Assembly (NCBI GenBank): GCA_004356015.1
Contig: SMYD01000194.1
Coordinates: 1-58,338 of the forward strand
Source of the DNA: Acidobacteriota bacterium
GTDB lineage: Bacteria; Acidobacteriota; Polarisedimenticolia; SMYD01
Direction of reading: 5' to 3'
Length of the DNA stretch: 58,338 nucleotides
Shown in pieces: positions 1 through 8,784 of this stretch. Below the pieces are notes generated by a model. That model did not search any database. It was not told the origin of the DNA and worked only from the letters and a program-made list of their open reading frames with translations. Positions within the stretch are counted from its first letter, which is position 1. Each line of letters begins with the position of its first letter. A program made the position numbers and the translations under genes.

Positions 1-1241
1 GGACGCAGGAAATAGATATCCGCCGGGGCGGTCGCGCTGTCCTGCATGAAGATGATGGTGCCGTCGCCTGTCACCTGCACCGACGTATTGTGATGCTCGG
101 CCACAAGCGGCGTCACCCTGCCGTCAGGCACTGACACTGAGAAGATCTTGAGGCGGCCTGTGTCCTGAGCAATGACAACCAGGGACCTGCTGTCCGGGGT
201 CCAGGCCATGCTCGCGATGGAGCGATCCCAGTCGGCGGCAACGTCCCGGGGCGGGCCCAGGGAGCCGTCCCCGGCCCGGGAGCGGATGACAATATGCAAC
301 CGATCGGCCTCGAAGCCCGGTCGATCCATGGCGGTGGATGCCAGCCAGCGGCCGTCGGGTGAATAGGCAGGAGCGGTATCCCAGGCCCGATTCCCGGAGG
401 TGATCTTTACGGGCTGTTTCGATCCGTCCAGCGGAACCCTGAACAGATCCACATCGGTACTCCAGGCGGCTTCACTGCCGGCCAGGATCTTGGCGGCATA
501 CGTCATCTCGAGGCCATCAGGCGAGATGGCGATCTCCTCCATACCCCCGAACGGCCTGGTGGGGCTGTCAGCGTCGATCCCCTGCATGAGATCACGGGGC
601 TCGCCCAGCCCTTCGGGGCGGCCGTCTTTCCCCTTGAGCAGCGGCGCCACGAACAGGTGGCTGCGCAAGCCGTCCTCCCAGGTATCCCAGTGACGAAAGA
701 GAAGCTCGGTATAGACCCGGGCTGGGGCGTCGGTGAATGCCTTGCTCCGTTCCAGGCTGCACTCCAGATCTTCGCAGTCGGGGGCCACATCCAGGGTGAA
801 GACGATCTGCCCTCCATGGGGGACAACCATGAAGCCGCCCATATCCAGCGGCAGATCACTCACCTTCCAGGGCTCACCCCCCTGGGTATCCAGCGCCCAG
901 AGAGCGGAACCGTCATCGCGGTCCGAGCTGAACAGCAGGAAGCGGCCGCCGGGCAACCAGCGCGGCGAACTGTCGTGCACCGACTCCCGCCGGGTCAGGC
1001 GGAGAGGCTCGCCCCCGGATGTCTTGACCAGCCACAGGCTGCCGGTGCTGCCATTGCTCTTCGTGTCATAAGTGCGGGCGGTGAAGGCGACCAGCGTGCC
1101 GTCAGGCGATGGCTGGGGATCTCCGAGCCTTGTGAGACCCCAGAGAAGTTCAGGAGTGAGGCCCTCGGCCTGTGCGAATCCGGACAATCCGACCAGACAA
1201 CATGCAGTTGCCGAGAGCAGAACAAACCGATGCCATGACAT
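1..1241 (-). CDS. S9-family serine peptidase-like protein: signal peptide plus beta-propeller N-domain. The 3' end lies outside the window.
   Basis: Absent from the ORF track because there is no stop in the window. My translation of the minus strand from ATG 1241-1239 stays open to position 3: MSWHRFVLLSATACCLVGLSGFAQAEGLTPELLWGL..SPDGTLVAF..SPRWLPGG..YSPDGRWLAS. It has a signal-peptide-like N-terminus and repeated (S)PDG blade motifs, as in acylaminoacyl/dipeptidyl peptidase propellers. The catalytic domain is not visible. Confidence 0.65.
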   Translation of the reverse strand, partial: MSWHRFVLLSATACCLVGLSGFAQAEGLTPELLWGLTRLGDPQPSPDGTLVAFTARTYDTKSNGSTGSLWLVKTSGGEPLRLTRRESVHDSSPRWLPGGRFLLFSSDRDDGSALWALDTQGGEPWKVSDLPLDMGGFMVVPHGGQIVFTLDVAPDCEDLECSLERSKAFTDAPARVYTELLFRHWDTWEDGLRSHLFVAPLLKGKDGRPEGLGEPRDLMQGIDADSPTRPFGGMEEIAISPDGLEMTYAAKILAGSEAAWSTDVDLFRVPLDGSKQPVKITSGNRAWDTAPAYSPDGRWLASTAMDRPGFEADRLHIVIRSRAGDGSLGPPRDVAADWDRSIASMAWTPDSRSLVVIAQDTGRLKIFSVSVPDGRVTPLVAEHHNTSVQVTGDGTIIFMQDSATAPADIYFLR

Positions 1242-1284
1242 GGAAACCTCCCGGCGGATAACCGCCAGCAGCAGGGATGATGAC

Positions 1285-2961
<1,677 letters not shown>

Positions 2962-3038
2962 TGTTGCCTCCCCCCCTGCAAGCGCCCCCCGTGGCGCTCC
3001 CAGGTACCCGTATCTTCAGCGGTTCAAGTGAAATACCA

Positions 3039-4799
3039 TCAGAGGGTTTCGATCAACCTCCTCACCTCGAGCTTCCTGCGCAGCAACCTCTCCACACCGG
3101 TGGTGTCACCACCCTCCTCCATGCTCTGCCTGAGTTGCCGTTGCAGGATCCGGCTCTCTTTTTCGAGATGCTCCTTGCGAATGATGCGCCACGATTCTTC
3201 CCAGTCGGCGGCCACAAGTCCCGGAAAATCTTCCATGACCGCCGCCAACAGGCGGGCTTGATCTTCTTTTTCCAGCAGTGTCTGCAGCCCTTCCACTGTC
3301 ACTTCATGGCCCGCCCGTTCCTGATTGAGCACGACCGTGATGATGTGGCCGGCTGTCAGGTCACGTAACTCCTCCTCGCGGGCGGTGGCGGCAACCTCTC
3401 GCCGCACGTCTGCAGAGGTTAGCAGGAGATGCATGAGCTGGCGCTCGGCCAGAGTGCAGTTTCTCTCCGGCTGCGACCGGACCGGGGCCGGCGGCGCTCC
3501 GCCCCGCCGCAACGCCGGTGCCACCCGCCGGAACTCGGCTCGCAGATCGGCTTCTCTCAGATCCAGGTGCTGGGCGATGCGGGCCATGGCCGCCGCCAGC
3601 AGAACCCTGTTCTTCACCTCCGCCAGGCGCGGCAGTATATCCGCCACCGCCTGGGCCTTGGCCTCCGGAGTTCTCATATCCCGGCCGACACAGGCGCTGC
3701 TGATGAGATACTCGATGAAGGTCGGCGCGCAGGCGACCAGTTCCAGGTAGGCGTTGGCGCCGGCGGCGCGGACGTGACCGTCGGGGTCCTGGCCGCTGGG
3801 CAACTCCAGCACCCGCAACTCGAAGTCACGTTCCATGAGAACCGTCACCGCCCGATCGGCAGCGCTGCGCCCGGCCCGGTCAGCGTCGAAGTTGATCACG
3901 GCCCTATGGGTGTACCGTGCCAGGAGCCTCGCGTGTTCGGGGGTGAAACTGGTTCCCAGCACCGCCACCACGTTCCTGACACCGGCCTGCCACAGAGCAG
4001 CAAAATCGGTGTACCCCTCGACGATGATGACCCTGTCGGCTTCCCGGATAGCATCCCGGGACCAGCTGAGCCCATAAAAATGGCGGCCTTTCTGGAAGAT
4101 CGGTGTCTCCGGCGAGTTCAGGTACTTGGGTTCGCCTTCGCCCAGAATGCGGCCACCGAACCCGATGACACCACCGCCGGCCTGCTCGATGGGAAACATG
4201 AGCCGGTTGCGAAATCGATCGTAGCTGCCACGGCCATCCTTGCGCGGCACGGTCAGGCCGGACTTCAGCAATTCGTCTTCCCGGTAGCCCGCCTGCCTCA
4301 GGCGGGACTTCAGAGCATCCCAGCTATCCGGGGCATAGCCGACTTTCAGAAACTGGACGGTCTCGGCGTCCAGGCCGCGCCCGGCCAGGTAACGGCGGGC
4401 GGCAGCACCGGCACCTGATGCCAGGCTGGTACGGAAAAACGCGACGGCCTCCCGGTGCATCTCGCGCAGGCGGGTTTGCTCACCGCTGTTACCACCACGA
4501 TGCTGGGGAATGGGCACCCCGAAGCGGTGTGCGAGCTCCTGCAGAGCATCGGGAAACTCGGCGTTCTCATGGAGCATGTAGAACTTGAAGACATCCCCGC
4601 CGACTCGGCAGCCGAAACAGTAGAACAGACCTTTCTCGGGATCCACCGTGAAGGAGGGAGTCTTCTCATCATGAAACGGGCAGAGACCCTTGAGCTTGTG
4701 GCCGGAGGTCTTCAGGGACACATAATCACCGATCAGCCGATCGATACCGGCCGCGGCGCGCACCTCCTGGACAAAATCCTCCCGGGAAGAGCCTCCCAC
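3039..4799 (-). CDS. dnaG: DNA primase
   Basis: 586-aa ORF with a GTG start. It has the zinc-ribbon motif CPFHDEKTPSFTV..FYCFGC, the TOPRIM segment VIIVEGYTDFAAL, and the DnaG C-terminal helical region. Confidence 0.95.
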   Translation of the reverse strand: MGGSSREDFVQEVRAAAGIDRLIGDYVSLKTSGHKLKGLCPFHDEKTPSFTVDPEKGLFYCFGCRVGGDVFKFYMLHENAEFPDALQELAHRFGVPIPQHRGGNSGEQTRLREMHREAVAFFRTSLASGAGAAARRYLAGRGLDAETVQFLKVGYAPDSWDALKSRLRQAGYREDELLKSGLTVPRKDGRGSYDRFRNRLMFPIEQAGGGVIGFGGRILGEGEPKYLNSPETPIFQKGRHFYGLSWSRDAIREADRVIIVEGYTDFAALWQAGVRNVVAVLGTSFTPEHARLLARYTHRAVINFDADRAGRSAADRAVTVLMERDFELRVLELPSGQDPDGHVRAAGANAYLELVACAPTFIEYLISSACVGRDMRTPEAKAQAVADILPRLAEVKNRVLLAAAMARIAQHLDLREADLRAEFRRVAPALRRGGAPPAPVRSQPERNCTLAERQLMHLLLTSADVRREVAATAREEELRDLTAGHIITVVLNQERAGHEVTVEGLQTLLEKEDQARLLAAVMEDFPGLVAADWEESWRIIRKEHLEKESRILQRQLRQSMEEGGDTTGVERLLRRKLEVRRLIETL

Positions 4800-4850
4800 C
4801 TGATGTGCCCCTCGCGCGATGTGACTCTCGCGAAAAAAAGACTGTTCATA

Positions 4851-4878
4851 ACTATAGAACGGTCCAGCTCTCTGTCAA
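4851..4878 (-). promoter_or_regulatory. Candidate sigma-70 promoter for dnaG-rpoD
   Basis: The minus strand reads TTGACC-TTGACA gagagctggaccgttc TATAGT: -35 TTGACA, a 16-nt spacer, -10 TATAGT. It sits in the 80-nt gap between the larB stop and the dnaG start. Confidence 0.55.
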
Positions 4879-4880
4879 GG

Positions 4881-5654
4881 TCAACGCTTTGGTTTTCTCG
4901 ACTTCGATGCCTTTCTGCGCACCATGAGATCGGCCGCCAGGGCTGCTCCCAGGCCATTGTCGATGTTGACCACCACCAGGCCGCCGGCGCAACTGGTCAG
5001 CATCGACATGAGGGCGGTGATCCCCCCGAAGGCGGCACCGTAACCGACGCTGGTGGGGACCCCGATGACCGGACAGGGCACCAGCCCCGCAACCACCGAC
5101 GGCAGAGCTCCCTCCATGCCGGCCACGGCGATGACCACCGAGGCACGGGTCAGCTCCTGGCGGGCCCCCAGCAGGCGGTGGAGCCCGGCCACGCCCACAT
5201 CGGTGATGCGTGTCACCTGATGGCCCAGAGCATTCAGGGTGATGGCCGCTTCATCGGCCACCGGTAGATCGGTCGTGCCCGCACAACAGACAACGATGCC
5301 GCTTTGCCGCCGGCGGGGCAGGCTGCCCATCACGGCCATGCGGGCCGACCGGTGCAGGGCCGCATCCGGCAAGCGCTCCTGGATCTCATCCATGGCTTCC
5401 ATGGAAAGGCGTGTGGCCAGCACCGGCCCGCCGGCCGCGACCATGTGATCGGCGATACGCAGGATCTGCTCCGGCGACTTCCCCTGCCCGAAGATGATCT
5501 CCGGCACCCCTCGGCGCAGGCGGCGGTGGTGATCGATGCGGACGTCTCCCAGATCCTCGAACGGCAGATGGGCCAGGGCTTCCACAGCTCCGTCCACACC
5601 GATGTCGCCACGGCGTAATCGCTCAAGAAGCTGGCGCAAACTGTTGGCGTCCAT
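4881..5654 (-). CDS. larB: LarB-type (PurE/AIR-carboxylase-like) protein, nickel-pincer cofactor biosynthesis family
   Basis: Motifs: VPEIIFGQGKSPEQI, IVVCCAGTTDLPVADEA, VVIAVAGMEGALPSVVAGL..VIGVPTSVGYG. I moved the start to ATG 5654 (MDANSLRQLL) because the track start at 5726 would overlap the divergent PilZ gene. Confidence 0.8.
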   Translation of the reverse strand: MDANSLRQLLERLRRGDIGVDGAVEALAHLPFEDLGDVRIDHHRRLRRGVPEIIFGQGKSPEQILRIADHMVAAGGPVLATRLSMEAMDEIQERLPDAALHRSARMAVMGSLPRRRQSGIVVCCAGTTDLPVADEAAITLNALGHQVTRITDVGVAGLHRLLGARQELTRASVVIAVAGMEGALPSVVAGLVPCPVIGVPTSVGYGAAFGGITALMSMLTSCAGGLVVVNIDNGLGAALAADLMVRRKASKSRKPKR

Positions 5655-5680
5655 AGGAGAGGCCGGGCATGTTACCACTC

Positions 5681-5710
5681 TTGACACGCTTCTCAGGGCT
5701 GCACTAGCCT
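5681..5710 (+). promoter_or_regulatory. Candidate promoter for the PilZ-ubiX-ubiA unit (possibly leaderless)
   Basis: TTGACA (5681-5686), an 18-nt spacer, then TAGCCT (5705-5710). The PilZ ATG is at 5717, only 7 nt after the -10 element, and no Shine-Dalgarno sequence lies in between. Confidence 0.3.
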
Positions 5711-5716
5711 CATCCC

Positions 5717-6091
5717 ATGTCGCCACGGGGTCAGGAACAACGAAAGCATGACCGGGTCTCCCGGCCTCTGACCCTGAGGACCATCAGCTCCGAGTACGGC
5801 ACCATCGAGATGGAGATCTCCAACCTGAGCCTGGGGGGGGCCTATTGCCTCTCCACCAGGGAGATCCCCGCCATGACCCAACTGCGTCTCAATATTTTTC
5901 TCCCCTCCACCGACGGCCATGCAGCCCGCCTGCACTTCCCCATCGACGTGGAGGCCGTGGTGGTGCGCGCCGAAGATGTCAATGGTCATGACGGAGATCC
6001 GGCCTGGCGCCTGGCGCTCTTCTTCTCGCGTATGGCCACTCAGGACCGGGAAGTTCTCGCTCGTTACCTGAGCTCCGTGACAGACTCTTGA
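5717..6091 (+). CDS. PilZ-domain protein (putative c-di-GMP receptor)
   Basis: 124 aa. It has the RxxxR-like motif QRKHDRV and the D/NxSxxG motif ISNLSLGGAY, with spacing typical of PilZ domains. Confidence 0.75.
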   Translation: MSPRGQEQRKHDRVSRPLTLRTISSEYGTIEMEISNLSLGGAYCLSTREIPAMTQLRLNIFLPSTDGHAARLHFPIDVEAVVVRAEDVNGHDGDPAWRLALFFSRMATQDREVLARYLSSVTDS

Positions 6092-6693
6092 GCCGCGAGC
6101 TCATCGTGGGGGCCACCGGTGCCTCGGGTGCCGCCGTGACCGTCACCTTGCTGCGCGCCCTGCTGCGCCAGGAGCAGGTCAGCCGTATCCATCTGATCTT
6201 CAGCGACGCCGCCCTGCCGGTCATGTCTCAGGAATTGAGGGTGCCGGGACTGGACGTCGCCACCTTCAAGACCAGGTTTCTGGAAGATGACCCGCGTGTG
6301 ACCACCTGGCGCAACGATCAGCTCGCCGCCCCCATAGCATCGGGAAGCTACCCCTCAGGCGGCATGATCATTGTCCCGTGCAGCATGAACACACTGGCCG
6401 CCGTGAGTCACGGCATCGCCGACCGCCTGCTGGCCCGGGCCGCCGACGTGACCCTCAAGGAGCGCCGTCCCCTCCTTCTGGCGGTACGAGAGACCCCCCT
6501 GAGTCTCATTCACCTCGAAAACATGGTGCGGGCCACCCGCTCCGGTGCCACGATCTTCCCCCTCTGCCCGGCCTTCTACGCCCAACCCGACACCATCGAG
6601 AAGATGGTGGAGGATTTCACCCTGCGCCTGCTGGATCATCTGGGACTGGCGGCGGATCGGGGCTTTCGCTGGGGCATCACGCCGCACCGTTGA
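6088..6693 (+). CDS. ubiX: Flavin prenyltransferase UbiX
   Basis: Motifs: LIVGATGASGAAV, IIVPCSMNTLAAVSHGIADRLLARAADVTLKERRPLLLAVRETPLS. The TTG start overlaps the PilZ stop (TTGA). Confidence 0.9.
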   Translation: MSRELIVGATGASGAAVTVTLLRALLRQEQVSRIHLIFSDAALPVMSQELRVPGLDVATFKTRFLEDDPRVTTWRNDQLAAPIASGSYPSGGMIIVPCSMNTLAAVSHGIADRLLARAADVTLKERRPLLLAVRETPLSLIHLENMVRATRSGATIFPLCPAFYAQPDTIEKMVEDFTLRLLDHLGLAADRGFRWGITPHR

Positions 6694-6704
6694 GCGCCCG
6701 CTCC

Positions 6705-7586
6705 ATGCCGTCTGTGACCACAACGCCCCATCGCCTCGGCCGCCTCGGGGAGACCCTGGCCATGGTGCGCTTCTCCCACACTCTGTTCGCCATGCCGTTC
6801 GCCCTGACCGGTATGCTGCTGGCCGCCAAGGGCTTGCCCCGGTTCGAGGTGTGGGGTTGGATCCTGGTGGCCATGGTGGCGGCGCGCATGTCCGCCATGA
6901 CCTTCAACCGGCTGATTGACCGGCATCTCGACGCCGGTAACCCACGCACCGCCAATCGTTCCCTGCCGGCGGGCCGTCTGACACCACTCTACGCCAGCGG
7001 CGTACTGGCGGTGTCCGTGGCCCTTCTCCTCCTGGCTGCCTGGCGCCTCAATCCTCTGGCCCTGAAGCTGGCTCCCCTGGCCCTGGTGATCATCTGCGGC
7101 TACTCCCTGACCAAGCGATTCACCTCCCTGAGCCACCTGGTCCTGGGGCTGTCGCTGGCCGGCGCCCCACTGGGGGCCTGGGTCGCAGTGCGTGGCGATG
7201 TGCGTCTCGAACCGCTCGTGCTGGCCACCGCAGTGCTCTTCTGGACGGCAGGTTTCGACATCATTTACGCCCTCCAGGATGAACAGTTCGACCGCAGCGC
7301 CGGACTCCACTCTCTGCCTGTCTCCCTCGGCCCGGATGGGGCTCTGATGGTGGCCCGCCTGTTCCACCTGCTGACCATCATCCTGCTCCTCGCGCTGGGT
7401 CGCGTGGCGACTCTCGGCTGGTTCTACACGGCCGCCGTCATGGGCAGCGCCATGCTCCTGATCATGGAACACTGGCTCATCTCCGCCGCCGACCTGTCGC
7501 GCATGCAGATGGCCTTCTTCCGTCTCAATGTTGCCATGGGTCTCATTGTGCTCGCCGGCACCGGCGTGGATCTGCTCTGGGCTTGA
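6705..7586 (+). CDS. UbiA-family polyprenyltransferase (4-hydroxybenzoate polyprenyltransferase or MqnP-like)
   Basis: The protein is multi-pass hydrophobic, with the Asp-rich motifs NRLIDRHLD and YALQDEQFD. The start is set at ATG 6705 (MPSVTT), 12 nt after the ubiX stop. The 6378 start in the track is an out-of-frame overlap with ubiX. Confidence 0.85.
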   Translation: MPSVTTTPHRLGRLGETLAMVRFSHTLFAMPFALTGMLLAAKGLPRFEVWGWILVAMVAARMSAMTFNRLIDRHLDAGNPRTANRSLPAGRLTPLYASGVLAVSVALLLLAAWRLNPLALKLAPLALVIICGYSLTKRFTSLSHLVLGLSLAGAPLGAWVAVRGDVRLEPLVLATAVLFWTAGFDIIYALQDEQFDRSAGLHSLPVSLGPDGALMVARLFHLLTIILLLALGRVATLGWFYTAAVMGSAMLLIMEHWLISAADLSRMQMAFFRLNVAMGLIVLAGTGVDLLWA

Positions 7587-7645
7587 TTCTGCACGGGGCA
7601 CGGCCGCGAAAGCCGCGCCAGACAAGCAAATCCGCTCTCCGTCTC

Positions 7646-7674
7646 TTGACACCCTCGTGTGCGTCGGCTATAAA
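7646..7674 (+). promoter_or_regulatory. Sigma-70 type promoter of hup
   Basis: TTGACA (7646-7651), a 17-nt spacer, then TATAAA (7669-7674). It lies about 55 nt upstream of the hup ATG, and the RBS AAGGAGG is at 7714-7720. Confidence 0.65.
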
Positions 7675-7727
7675 AGCGCCGACGCATGTATCTGACGCGT
7701 CCATTCGCAGGTAAAGGAGGTGTTTGC

Positions 7728-8003
7728 ATGAACAAGGCAGATCTCATCGAAGCCATCGCCAAGGACGTCGACCTCAGTAAAGCCGACGCCGGCAAGGCTC
7801 TTGATTCGCTGACCAAGAGAATCACCCAGTCCCTGAAGAAGGGTGAAAACGTCACGCTGGTCGGCTTCGGAACCTTTTCGGTGACCAAGCGGAAAGCTCG
7901 CACCGGCCGCAATCCGCAGACCGGCGAGACGATCAAGATCAAGGCCAAGAAGGTTGCAAAGTTCAAACCTGGCAAGGATCTGATGAAGGCAGTCGCCCGA
8001 TAG
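7728..8003 (+). CDS. hup: Nucleoid-associated DNA-binding protein HU
   Basis: MNKADLIEAIAK..VTLVGFGTFSVTKRKARTGRNPQTGETIKIKAKKVAKFKPGK is a classical HU/IHF fold sequence. The AAGGAGG RBS lies 7 nt upstream of ATG 7728. Confidence 0.95.
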   Translation: MNKADLIEAIAKDVDLSKADAGKALDSLTKRITQSLKKGENVTLVGFGTFSVTKRKARTGRNPQTGETIKIKAKKVAKFKPGKDLMKAVAR

Positions 8004-8030
8004 CAGCCCCTATCGAGAAAATACCGGGAA

Positions 8031-8060
8031 GGGGCGGACCTTGGATGGTCCGCCCCTTTT
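8031..8060 (+). terminator. Rho-independent terminator after hup (possibly bidirectional)
   Basis: Perfect 10-bp stem GGGGCGGACC / GGTCCGCCCC with a 6-nt loop, followed by TTTT. The A-rich stretch on the left side gives a partial T-tract for minus-strand transcripts from the small ORF. Confidence 0.85.
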
Positions 8061-8196
8061 CCTGTCAGCACATCCGAATCGACCCTCTCCCCTGATACAT
8101 TCTTCGGCCTGATACGTCGCCATCAGCACGGATTAGCCGAAATAGCCCTGTTTTCAACTCTTTCGGCGCAACTCCCCAGGTCCAACCGGCCTCGAG

Positions 8197-8424
8197 CTAG
8201 AACTGTCGCCTCGCGCGAAAGAGCAGGGCATCACCGGCCGCGGCCACCAGTTTCCATCCCTCGCTGTCCATTTTCTGGAGGGCTTCGGCCAGGAGCCGGT
8301 TCCCGGTCATGGGAGCGTTCCCGGCTGGATGCCGCGTGTCAGCGATTTCACCCATGAGAGACTCGCGTGTGCGCACATGGTAACTCGGCAATCCTTGCAG
8401 ATTCGAGATGAGATCGCTTGACAT
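8197..8424 (-). CDS. Small hypothetical protein (75 aa)
   Basis: A strong RBS on the minus strand, AAGGAG, lies 8 nt before the ATG. The C-terminal segment LQKMDSEGWKLVAAAGDALLFRAR resembles the GW-x-LV motif of small DUF4177-like proteins, but I have no firm family assignment. Confidence 0.5.
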   Translation of the reverse strand: MSSDLISNLQGLPSYHVRTRESLMGEIADTRHPAGNAPMTGNRLLAEALQKMDSEGWKLVAAAGDALLFRARRQF

Positions 8425-8784
8425 TCGCCTTGCTCCTTGCCGGAATCATAAGACAGGGCGATCCGGAGTGATCCGGACCGCCCCGAGCAGGAGGGGAAAT
8501 TCACTGCCACATTTGTGGCTGCCACCTGCTGGTGAACAATAAGTGAGAGCACGTTTCATGCCAGCGATCATGCTGTCACGACATTTCCATGAGAGGTGCG
8601 TCGTGGCGGCGGCAAGTCCGCCACAAGCTGTTGTGCCATCAACGTTAAATGCCTGCCTGGCCGGCACAAAGGAGAGGCCGGATCCTGTGTTCCAGGAACG
8701 AGGATTCCTGCCGACACTGTACCCTTGAACAGTCAACTGTCAGTTCATGGAGTCATGTCGTGCTTTGCTCCAGTCCCGGCCGGC

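Noticed and set aside
6378-6704. N-terminal extensions of track ORFs, including the UbiA ORF from 6378, the atpA ORF from 32801, the yidC ORF from 24043, the suhB ORF to 46860, the ECF ORF to 48488 and the OMP ORF to 58308
   Set aside because: The extensions overlap the 3' ends of well-supported upstream genes in other frames and are Arg/Pro/Gly-rich. Internal starts give canonical N-termini, often with an RBS or a start-stop overlap.
8616-8634. A sigma-54-like TGGCAC on the minus strand upstream of the small ORF (TGGCACAACAGCTTGT)
   Set aside because: The -12 element is displaced: GG-N10 lands on TG rather than GC, and TTGT replaces TTGC. This does not meet the invariant spacing.
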